From positions 1-38,578 of the forward strand of contig LPNZ01008646.1 of the NCBI GenBank assembly GCA_001655205.1: DNA of 38,578 nucleotides, given 5' to 3'. Below, one piece after another: positions 11,166 through 22,700 of this stretch. Origin of the DNA: Lenisia limosa (Eukaryota > Protista > Breviatea). Position numbers and translations under genes: made by a program. The number at the start of each line of letters is the position of its first letter. Within the stretch, counting starts at the first letter, position 1. The notes below the pieces were generated by a model. That model saw only the letters and a program-made list of their open reading frames with translations. It did no database searches and was not told the origin of the DNA.

Positions 11166-13001
11166 ATGCCTATGGAACGTACCCAGACTGTTGCCTTCAC
11201 CCTTCCCGCTGATACCAAGGAAGTGAAGGTTTGAAGACCCCCTTATTTCTGCCAGTTCTAACACTGAAATGTCTAGAAACACTAAAGCGTATTAGTTTAA
11301 TGCATTTCAGAGGAATCTTTTATTTACACCGGTACAGGTCGACTCCCCTAAGGCCGCCAAGGCTGTTAGCCGCGCACGTACTGCCATCCAGACCCGCGCT
11401 ATTGTTGCTGCTAAGGTTTGCCTCGTGTTTGGTTACTCGCTCGCCATTCCTGAATTATTTGGGCGGACTCTTCTATCATCTGATCGTGAACCTTTACCCT
11501 GTGGCTATTTGATGTGATCCTATTTTGATTATATAAGGAGGAGGCCGAGATTGAGGCTAAGATTGCAGCCATGAAGCGTGAGCGTACTGCCATCCAAACC
11601 CGCGGACTTGTCGCTGCCAAGGCCAAGGAGGTGGTTGGGAAGTATGAAGGAAGCGATACGGGTCCCAATAATATAAAGCAAAGTGACTGAATGCATTTAT
11701 CTGGGTTCTTTTTCATATTAATACAATGTTAGCTAAGAGGTTCTCACCCCCCCCCCAGGAGGAAGATGCCCTTGACGCCAAGCTCGAGGCTCTCAAGCGC
11801 GAGCGTACCGCTATCCAAACTCGTGCCCGCACCGCTGAGAAGGAGGCCAAGGAGGTGGGCATTTGGTTTCGTTGTTGGTGACTTGTTTTTCTTTTTTCAA
11901 TCTGGAGCCGTAACATTTCAGCACCAAGATATTTTTGTACTTAGCTAAATTCTACTCGGGAGGTGGATTTTGCTAATACTTTTTTATCTCCATTTAAGAG
12001 GCTTTTACCTCTCTTTATTACATAACGTTTGAAAACAGCGTCAGGCTTGTATTTAGCTCCAAAACACCCAGAAATAGCTTTGTACAAAATGAGCTAAATA
12101 CAGCCATGTGCTAAAATGTTACGGGCTCCTGGGTTTTTGTTGGCTGTTGTTTTTTTATGGATCTCTGACTGTTTGCTTTTGTAACAATTCAAACCCCCAC
12201 AATGCTGTTATTTTGACATCGGTAGGAGGCTGAGGCTATGGAAGCTGAGGAGGAGGAAGTCCCCGAGGTATGTCGGTGGATTTTTCAATTGAGCCTCAAA
12301 TTTCACTAATTGTGTAACTATGCCTTCTAATACCCTACCATTCTCTGGTATGTGACACGGTTTACTTTGGACCAGATGAACGACGAGGAGGCTGAGAAGG
12401 CTGTTGAAGAGGCTGACAAGAAGATTGAGGCCCTTAAGAGGGAGAGAACCCAAATCCAAACCCGTGGTGTTGTGGCTGCCAAGGAAGAGGTGCGTGTTAA
12501 TATACTATATCATATCATATGTATGTTAATTCTATATATCGCACTATTAGATTAGTCCTTTTTTTTTTTACAGGCCTCTTCCTACATTATCCATCACCAA
12601 AAGCATCGTTAACACACCCACCAGGCTGACTTCGAGGCTAAGATCAACGCTCTTAAGCGTGAGCGTACCCGTATTATGACCCGTCATGCTGCTGTTGAGA
12701 AGAAACAGGTGTGGGGTACTTACGGTCTTTGCTTTCCTGGAACGTTAGTTATTCTGAATCGCACAATTACCTAATATTGCATCAGGAGGAGAAAGAGATC
12801 CGCAATGCTAAGCGGATGAACCGCGAACGTACCCGAATCCAAACCCGCAGCCAGACTGAGGTATGCCGAGACTGCTTCCTTTCCACTAAGGATTTACTTC
12901 GGAACATATCGGAAATATCGGTTAAAGATCTCGAGAGGGGGGGTGAACTTTCATACGTTTTGCTCTTTTCAATTGTCTTTTTACAGCTACAGAAGAAATA
13001 A
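11166..13001 (+). CDS. Orphan ~219-aa repeat protein, 9 exons, six R[EA]RTxI[QM]TR repeats
   Basis: Exons 11166-11228, 11338-11415, 11538-11630, 11759-11854, 12226-12267, 12376-12489, 12625-12708, 12786-12860 and 12987-13001 are all GT-AG and all phase 0. They join into an open frame ending LQKK-TAA, with strongly biased codon use (aag, gag, cgt, acc). Confidence 0.85.
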
Positions 13002-13145
13002 ATTCCCCTCAGAGCGCTTCTGACCATCTATTTATTGTTGACTAATGTACGTATTTTCTTGGTAAGATAGTGATATTCAGACTTTGGAAAAATATAAAGC
13101 AAATGGATGCATAATACTCATAATAAATTAAAAACAGACTTGGGG

Positions 13146-16100
13146 TTACATTTTGGCTTTTGGGCAAGTTGTGCACTTGCGTTTTGCCTGGGGGGTGACT
13201 CAAACTTAATTTGGGAAGAGAATTGTTATCTATAGTGTTCAAACCTGAATAGCCTTGATTTTGCGATCAATACGCTCTCCATAGTCCTGGTCGATTTTGT
13301 AGAAGAGGGCTGAGGGGGTCATTTGGAAGAAGAGGGTATGGTACAGTATAGAAATATTCTAGTTTTTCAAGGCCCTTCTCACCAAGCTGTCTATCAATGA
13401 TGTACTGTTTGGCGTTGACAAGGTGGCCTGCCAGGTTGTCAGTCAAACGGTCGCGGTGCGCATCATCAAGGACGTTGCGATAGAAGTCTGCAGGCTGCTC
13501 GAAGTGGTCTTCGGCCTCGTCAGTCCAGCGGTCCACGTCTCCTGAGGCGGTTTCTCTTGGCTCGGCCGCCTCCACCGAGGGCATGTGGCCCTTGAATGTG
13601 CTCGGATGGTAGTTGGGCGCCCCATCTGCGTGTCAGTATTCTCAAAACAGACGCTCCAATACCCGATCCCCCCGCTGCCGCCCCCCTTTTTTGGTGATAC
13701 TCCTAAATCGTACGATTGATATAGCAGTTTCCGCTGACCAATCACCACCCGCACCATTGTATGTCGGGCCGGAGGTCATGGGGCCGTCACGTTGGGTGTT
13801 GGCTACCTTGGCGCGATAGGGGCAGTTGATGGGCAACTGGTGGTAGTTGGCCCCGATCTGGTGAGTTAACTGATGTTTATTATGATATAGCTGCCTGATT
13901 CAGCACCATTTTTCCTGACATGATCTGAACACATCACCCCTGGCAAACTCTATGAACGTGGGTGTCGCTGTATGAGAATAGGCGGCCTTGGAGCATTTTG
14001 TCGGGAGATGCAGTGATGCCTGGTACCTGCGAGATGATTTGGAACGTTTGCGCTAGTGTCACTCATTTGGAAACACAAAAAGTATGATCAAAATCTCAAT
14101 TCCCTCCAACAAAATGACCAGGAGAAAATGCAGCCTGCTCAACCTCCGCGAAATAGTTCTTTGGGTTCCTATTCATTACCATGGTTCCAACAGGACGCAG
14201 TGGATACTCCTTGTGGGACCATACCTGCCAGAATAACAGTAATTCTACTCAAATGGTATGGAATGTGAGAATGGGGCTATAATTCACAGCATCGATTCCC
14301 AGCAGACCTTAGTCAGGTCAAACGGGTTGAACTTGAATTTGGATGCTTGTTCGAACGTCATAACCTAGGCTATGAAAAGGGGGCGATTTGTAAGCCCATC
14401 CTCTTTTATTTTATGATCACTGCAGTTTATCAATGACCTTTGGATAATATATGATATGCTAATCGATAAACATAATAGGTCTATTTTGCTACGTGTTTGG
14501 ATACTGCATGGTACACTCACTTGGACACTGAGTTTCCACTCGGGGAAGTCGCCCCTTTCAATAGCCTCGTAAAGGTCACGAATGGCATAGTCAGGGTCGG
14601 ATCCGGCCAACTGTCCGGCTTTTTCAACAGAGAGTGTCTTCCATCCTCCCTAACAATGTTAGCCGGAACATTTCGAATCGACCTTCGTGGCACACAAGAC
14701 AATGTCTTTCTCAACAAGTTACCTTAGGCTTGAAGTGATATTTGACGTAAACGCTGTTTCCGGATTCATTCGTCCATTTGTAAGTGTGTGAACCGTAACC
14801 TGTGTGAGTCAATATCATATCATCCACAAGGGCACTGCTATGACTATATATCAAAATAGTCACAGTTAATATAATATCAACAGTTCGGAAATTTGGCTGT
14901 TATCTCTTGATGACATTGTGTACTTAAACAATTACGATGGAAACGAACATGGATGATATAGTATCTGATATCATATCATATATAATAAATATACTATCAA
15001 ATAATGTTAACATAAGCCCGTACCAGTCATGTGTCTGAATCCGTCGGGAATACCGCGGTCACTGAAGAGGAACGACAACTGAAACCGTCAGAAAGAAAAG
15101 CTGAAATGTATTTTGTTGAGAACATTAATAAATAAATATGATATAAGACTCTAACTATAACAGGCGAAAAAGACACGGTTAATACCTGATGAAGTGATTC
15201 GGGGCGTTGTGAAAGGAAGTCCCAATGAGCATCCGGATCCTTGATACTGTGGTGCAAGTTAAACAATTGAACAAATGAATAAGAAATTGAATTAACAGAA
15301 TATTAAAATTGCCTACTGGGTGACAGGGTTGCGCTTTTGGGAGTGAATGAAGTTGGGAAACTGGAAGGGGTCGCGAATGAAGAAGACTGTAATATCATAA
15401 TTATCCGAAAGTGAATGAACATATTATTCTATATATGATATATTTCAACAAAAATTGTCCACTCTGCTCAACAACCAACTTACCTGGAGTAGCATTTCCA
15501 ACTAAATCGAAGTTTCCTTCCTCCGTATAAAACTTAATTGCAAAACCGCGAGGGTCACGAACTAGAGGTGTGAAGAATAAGATGCGAGGGTCACGAACTA
15601 GAGGTGTGAAGAATAAGATGTGAGGGTCATGAACTAGAGGAAGAATAAGATCCTAGCTTTTCACAATATTCACAAAGCATAATTTGGGGGCAAGAACCCA
15701 CGGGTATCTGCGCTTCCGAGTTCACCAGCAACAGTGGAAAAACGGCCAAACACAGGGGTTTGCTTCCCAATCTGAAAGTGTGATATTCAAGAAAAAGAGA
15801 CACATTAATATCATTAGGATGCCAGAATGCTAGCGAAAACAAGGTCAAGCCATACCCCTTGAAGGAACTTGGCGCGACAGATATCAGATACATCGTGAGT
15901 CACCACAAAGTGCCCATGAGCTCCTCCTCCTGACAAGTTATAAGAGTCAGCTTACACCGTTTTTACCCAACCCAAATTGTTATCTTTTTTTATAGCACCA
16001 ACTATGTTACAGTGATAAGAATACTTTCAAGTTGTATTGTGATCAAAAGAACTGACTGCACAACACGCTACTCACCCTTAGCATGCACAACACGCTCGGG

Positions 16101-16599
16101 CACACGTTCGCGATCAAAGTGTCTCATCTCATCCATAAAGTTGACATCCTAGTTTCATAATGGCACAACTTAGTCGGATAATGAAACAATATAATGTTGT
16201 ATTCGGCGCAGGCTGTCTACCTTATCACATTACAAAGAGTCGAAGAACTAAACAGGAAATTTAACAGGAAAACTAAATAATTGATGGAATAAAATAAGCC
16301 CAATGCAAGCCTCATCTCAGTAAAAACACACCATTGTCATGGGTCCGCGAGAACCAACAGTGCGCACATTTGTCTTGTCACCTTGGGGTAAACAAAAAAA
16401 AAACAGAAAGCAATGTTTAAAACCCAAAAATAGTGTCTAAAAATACATAACTACTGTTCTCAGAATGACAGATATGTTGATATATAATAAAAAAATAATG
16501 AAACCTTCTCCTACTGATTGGGCAGCCCGTGGAGGTGGTGAGAACTGGTGCCTGTGGGGTCTTTGTCGCATAATCAGTCAGCTGGTCTGTGACTGTCAT
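13146..16599 (-). CDS. CAT: Monofunctional haem catalase (small-subunit type) with C-terminal PTS1-like AKM
   Basis: Exons give [15 protein letters not shown] (distal His), [69 protein letters not shown] (haem-ligand Tyr) and GAPNYHPS. Final exon 13187-13146 reads [16 protein letters not shown]. Confidence 0.97.
15548..15651. repeat. 36-bp tandem triplication spanning a catalase intron/exon junction
   Basis: gcgagggtcacgaactagaggtgtgaagaataagat at 15548 and 15584, with a degenerate third copy at 15620. Each copy carries a minus-strand ...cctctAG acceptor. Confidence 0.92.
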
Positions 16600-17041
16600 A
16601 TCTGGTGTGTCCTTTCAATAAAAGTACAGGAAACCAACAACTTGCACCCTTTTTTGTTTTTTTGCAACCAGCCGAGCAGCAAGAGGTTCTGTTAAAAGGA
16701 AAAAGGCAAACATACTATTTTAGGAAGGTTGCTTCCAACTTGTCATGTAGATATTCGAGAAGGGGGGCTATCCACAGTCCACTGGCATTTTGTTATAATA
16801 ATTTAGTACATATACATTTTATATGTAAAAAAAGACAGAGGGACAACTAGGTCGGAGTGAATTAGTGACCCATTTGTTTGATTAATTTTGATTACCTATA
16901 GAATGAAAAAAAAGTGACTGTGTTTTTTTCACTATTGTTTAGTACAACTGGTTTAATAATTTAGTACAGGAAGATAGCAGACAGTTGTTTTGATTTAGTC
17001 GATATTTCAAATTCACAAAACTTCCTTTGGCTTTAAACACA

Positions 17042-19255
17042 ATGGAGGTCCATGCAGAGCCCGTACGTGCGCTTCCCTTTGATTTTGGAATGGCTAAGAG
17101 GTCGGATATTTACCTTACAGTTTTTTTTGGTGAAACTCTACTTACGTTACTGATGCTTTTAGGAATGTTTTGTTAGAAACTAAAGGATATTGTGCCCCAA
17201 ATGCGACCTCAACGGGAACAACAACCGTTGGAATTGTATTCAAGGTAAATTGTTAACTTTCGCAACCCTTCTCAACCCTCTCAGGACGGAGTTGTCCTTG
17301 GAGCTGATACTAGATCCACCAGCGGACCAGTTGTGGCAGACAGAGATTGTGAGAAGATCCACCACCTCGCTCCCAATGTATACACTTGTGGAGCTGGAAC
17401 AGCAGCAGATAATGATCATGTCACCTGTAAGTGGGGAAAAGCTTTGTAGAACGGCACAACAATACCAAGTTGTTGTATAAAGGCCTACCCATTTGAACAC
17501 CTCTTGTATCTTGTTTGTTGACGTCTTGGTGTTCTATCGCTTCATACCCCTTCCCCTATCACTTCATGGGATTGTTTGGTTCATTGACTGTATAGTGATG
17601 TTTGGTTCCAAGTTCAAACTTGAGAGGATACGGTCGAAGAAGGAGACCAAGGTGGTCACCGTCGTTCAAATGCTCAAGCAACACCTTTTCAAGTATGCGG
17701 ATTCTTTGAAATTACTCGCGGGATTACTCTCAATATTTAAAATATGCAAAATGAAGGACGAAGTAAACATTGGACTCAGATTTTTTAAGTGCCACTTCCC
17801 CTAAAAACAAAAAAAAAACAACGTTGTTGAAACAATAAGTTAAAAAGAAACAAAATCAAGGAACCGAGTGCTTCTTTATCCGGTCCCTCACCGCCCAGAT
17901 ATGGAGGCAATGTTGGAGCTTACTTCATGATTGGTGGTGTTGATAGTGATGGTCCACGACTCTGCACTATGCATGCTGACGGGTAAGTTAATAGGCTATG
18001 ACGTGTGACCCCTTTTTTGCAAGAGAAATAATATACAATAGAAATCTAGGGAAACAAATATACATAGGGACACTATACCCCCTCCCTTATTTCATTACTT
18101 TTCCAATTCACCATTAGTCCATCATCACATATTTGTCCTTGATGGTGTGGACGGCTTCGGTCTGATAATAGCTTTTTTTTTCTCATTTCTACAAAATATA
18201 TGTTGCATAGTATTTATCTCTGAAAATAATATGGGTAACCCCCCCCCCTCTGTTTTTTGTTTGTTTGTTGTTGTTTTTTGTTTTTGTTTTGGAGTTTCAG
18301 ATGATTTGTTTCGTGATTATTACCTTTATGCCAATATTCTTCATCGTAATTTTCTTCTTTCTTTTCATTAATGGTGTTTATAGCTTATGCTGCACAGGCT
18401 GTTGTAATTTCTCTCTTCTATTAACTTTTCAATGATTTTTGTTGATGTTTTGATTGGGAGTGTAATCTCTTGATATGTCGTCTTGACGCGACTCAGCTCA
18501 GTGCACTTCAATCCCTTTGCTGCTGACGGATCCGGGTGCATTGCTGCAATCTCAGTGATCGAATCGGGATACAAGGACAATATGACCGTGAGAGGGACAA
18601 AAGAGTAATGTTGCCCATTTACATGTGTTATGTGATTGATAAGGTTCCCTTTTTATTCTTCTTTTTGTGTGGGTACCTAGAAATCTGTAATATGTTTAAA
18701 GGCAAATAATGAGGTATCAGTTACCTTTCGTAATGATTGCAGATTGTTATTCTGTAATTTCCCTTTTTGGATGTATTAGAGAGCGGTTTTGTGGGGTGAA
18801 GTTGTGAAAAGACCCACACAAGCTAAGAATAACTTCCCATGGCTCACCCCCCAGGAAGAGGAGGCAGTGGATCTCGCCGCCCGAGCCGTGGCCGCCGGTG
18901 TCTTCAATGATCTTGGATCGGGATCAAATGTCGATATCTGTGTCATGAAGAAGGGTGCGAGGATGTTCAGTTCTACTATCATAACTCATCAATAAAAAAG
19001 CTATGCTTTTTCTTATTTTTTTTTTTCTTATTTTTTTTTTTTTCCTATATTGACTTTTCATTTAGATGACACCCGAATGCTGAGACATCACAAGTTACTC
19101 ACCTCCCGCAAATACCCTCTTGCTAACTTCCCTCTTCCCAAGGGCATTACTGGTTGGTTTTCAACATGGCAAATAGGATTTATCACTTCGTTCCGACTTG
19201 TTTTCCAGATGTACTTGCTCTCATCCCATATTCCAGGCGCTTCCGCTTTTTATAA
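17042..19255 (+). CDS. PSMB7: 20S proteasome subunit beta2 (trypsin-like; PSMB7/PUP1 ortholog or paralog)
   Basis: Propeptide ends STG, then mature TTTVGIVFK|[26 protein letters not shown] (Thr1, Asp17, Lys33), [19 protein letters not shown] and [17 protein letters not shown]. Stop TAA at 19253-19255. Confidence 0.93.
18140..18193 (+). repeat. Dispersed intronic repeat B (TGATGGTGTGGACGGCTTCGG[T/C]CTGATA...TCTCATTTCTACA), copy 1
   Basis: Matches 25302-25354, 32581-32595 (runs into a gap) and the reverse complement at 26444-26472. Confidence 0.8.
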
Positions 19256-19740
19256 AGCAAGCTAACACTCCAGAAATTTGGAGCGAAAAGATTACTCCCC
19301 ACAAAAACCCCATCACCAAGCCTGATGAGTCTGAAGCCCCGACCATGGAGGCTGAATAACTCCTTTAAATATAGTTCTGATTTCACGTGTCGTTCAAGGG
19401 TTCCATTTGTATTTTTATTGAATGGCGTCGTCATCAAGTTGTTTAAAACATTCTACCATCATTTTATCTTCTACCATTTGTCAGATACCCATATTTTTAT
19501 TCCCATATTTACACAAGCCCTTTTGTGAACAGGGCCGCCGCCGCCTTTGGTCCAAAATGGAAAATGGAAAATTTTCATCTTTCATCCGATTCTCTAAAAG
19601 CTGATTTTTTGGTTTAATTGTAGCAGCAGACAATTTCCTTACCGGGGAGAAAGGGCACAAGGTAAAAAAAAATAGGAATACCAACACGCCTCTTGCCAGT
19701 TTCTTGTCTAAACTGTGTCTATTGCCATATTTAAGCAACC

Positions 19741-22700
19741 ATGGGAGGCACAGAATGGATCGAAATGCAAAAGAAGGTCTGTCACCAAATAGTGCTATTT
19801 GTTTACCGCATTAGACGTTCACCAGATGGGCGAACACCCATCTTGAGAAGAGGGAACAAGCTTCTGTGGTATGAACAATGTGGATTTTTTTCACTTCCCC
19901 TGTTTTCAGAACAACTTTGGCGGTCTAATCTATATTCCTATTATGCCTGCTATCAATCACACTTGGTTCTTGGGTCAAAATAATACCATCTAAAGGGGAT
20001 ATGCCAGAATGAACAAAGATAAGATGAATAACGGTGGTATTTGGGGATTTGGGCATTTTATAATGATTGTTGCTTTTTTCATAATTGACCCACTTTCCAT
20101 GATACATAGCCTCATCAAATGTCACAGCGTTGATGGCTTCTTTCAGATAAAATTCCAGCTCTCATTCGATAAAGTTACCCTCTGACATCCAGCTCTCATT
20201 CGATAAAGTTACCCTCTGACATCCAACTCTCATTCGATAAAGTTACCCTCTGACATCCAACTCTCATTCGATAAAGTTACTCTCTGACATCAAAGCAACT
20301 CAGTGCGTATTAAAAAATAATGGCTTTGATTGGATTCCCAGTTTTGCAAGTTTTGACACATTTGTGACAAAGCAGATGGAGGACCTGGCTGAGGGCCTGG
20401 CTGACGGTGTCACGCTCTGCCACCTCATCGAAATCATCGGTGCGAACAACGACACTGTTTATATCCTTTGATAGCATTTTAACATGGTTCTCTTTCAGCT
20501 TTCTATCAGTCTTGACCAAAATCAATTAGATCTCATAACAGCGACTGTGGTAAACTTTTTAATATTATGTGGATTATTTGCTGTTTTGGTCAAACCAGTT
20601 CACTCACCCTTCAGCCAATGACAAGATCGGAAAGTTCTCACTCAAGCCCAAAATGAGACTTCACAAAGTAGGCCAAACACCAGTTAACATCCTATGTTAT
20701 TGTGGCCTTTAACGTAACAGATCAACAACATTGGCATTGCGTTCAAGTTTATCGAGAGCAAGGGCATCCCTCTCATTGGCGTGTCTCCGGAGGGTGAGGG
20801 GGGCATCAGGCATGATGAGTAACTTCAGAATGTTGTTGCCTTGTTATGATGCTGTTGCCTTGTTACGATGTTGTTGCCTTGTTATGATGTTGTTGCCTTT
20901 GTTATGATGCTATTGCCTTGTTATGATGATGTTGCCTTGTTATGATGCTGTTCAGGCGTGGCTTCAGCCGACCTTAAGACCGCTCTTGGACTTACGTGGA
21001 TCCTCATTCTCAGGTCAGCAGCGATTATGGTCATGGAGTGAGCACTTTTCCTTAAACTTTATCATGAACGACCAAAACAGCAGAAAATTTCCACAAAACA
21101 TGATTTGCTTTCATGCTGACGATGCCTAGGTTTGAGATACAGGCCTACACTGGAGAGAAGTCTGGTGCTATGGAGGGAAAGAAAACCAAGAAACAAACAC
21201 CAAAACAAGTATGTAAATGCGTAGTTGTTTATCTCATTGAGTTACTTCACCTCTTAAAATGGAATGAATGTGACTTTTTTTGGATAAAGTCCAGATAGAT
21301 GTATTTTAACGAAAAACAAAGGCATTATATACAACATATGATATGTATTCCCTGAGATGACGGTTCAGGAACTCCTTGCATGGGTAACGGGCGAGGTTGG
21401 GTACCCGGTTTCAAACTTCACCAGCAAGTGAGCCTGACTTCTAGGAATTATGTTACTCTGATACTGCATCTTGGGGCCTATTTCCCTTCGTTCAAATTCC
21501 AATGGTTTTGATCCTGTAGTTTCTCAGACGGTAAAGTAATGTGCTCCCTCTGTAACGCTACTGAAATGGGCGACCTAATTGACATGGCTGTTGTTGAGGT
21601 GGGTGGGGTGAAGTTCTTTTTGGATCCATGTTTTACTGTGTTCCTCAGTTCATTCACAGTATTGATGATGATCCTTTTTTAAATTTTTTGGAAAAGATAG
21701 GATCCGAGAATCTATCAGGCTCATTCTTTTCTCTTTTTATATATGACATGATATGATATATATATTATATATATTTTTGGTTTTGCACCGCACATTCCGA
21801 TCTCACATATCCAGGACCTTGAGCCTATGGACCGGCACAAGCTTGCTTTCGAGACCGCCGAGAAGCACATGGGCATCACGGCCATTCTCGAGCCTGAAGA
21901 CATGGTGCAGGTGCGGCTTGGTTACTTTGTTCTCCTTTTTTTGTCGATAACCCCCCAGGCCAAACCAGACGAATTGTCGGTGATGACATATGTGTCCAAC
22001 TTCAGGAAATTTGAGTACTTCGAGAAAGTCAATGAACAAGAGGAAAATTCCAATAATGTGGAAGAAGAAAAGAAACAAGCTGAGGAAGAGGAACAGAAGA
22101 AAATTGAAGAAGAAGCTGAAAAGAAGAGACAAGAAGAAGAAGCTGAGAAGAGAATTGAAGAAGAAGAAGCTGAGAAGAAGAGAATTGAAGAAGAAGAGGC
22201 AGAGAAGAAGAGACAAGAGGAGGAAGAAGCCAAGAGAATTGCTCGGGAGAATGTCCGAGGTAAGTCTCCTTTGGGTAGCGGAGGGAACTGAATTAACCCA
22301 ATTCCCTAGTGTTTGGCGTGGCTGTGGCGCGAGCCTGCAGCGTGCACGACACCGACGTTCCCGCTGTTGTCATGGACTGTTGCGATGCCATTGACTCGCT
22401 CTGCAGTAGGCCGCATTCTGGCCGTGTCTAATCCGCAGATGAGCCTGAAAACATGAAGCCCGTGCGGCCTGAAGCTGCGGACCCCCAGGAAGTCGCAACC
22501 ATCATCAACAAAATCGACCATGTGGGCTCCGAAGTGGTTTCAAGCCAGTTCTGATATTACTCCGTGTCCACTGTTTGTATAAATGAACATAACCCCCCGC
22601 ACCCCCACCCCCTTACCGCCCAGGGCGAACGGGTGGCGATGCCTTCACTGCGCCATGCCTCAGCGGTTCTCACAGCCTGGCTCGGAGCGCTGCCCGAAGA

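Noticed and set aside
1604-19255. Apparent functional cluster of DDB2, ORC4, catalase and proteasome beta2 (genome maintenance/stress)
   Set aside because: Mixed orientations, ordinary housekeeping genes and no shared motif seen. Adjacency in a compact eukaryotic genome is expected by chance.
20154-20291. CRISPR-like regular repeats (34 bp; also 36 bp at 15548 and 25 bp at 38407)
   Set aside because: Units are head-to-tail with no unique spacers, lie in eukaryotic introns and have no cas genes, so they are minisatellites.
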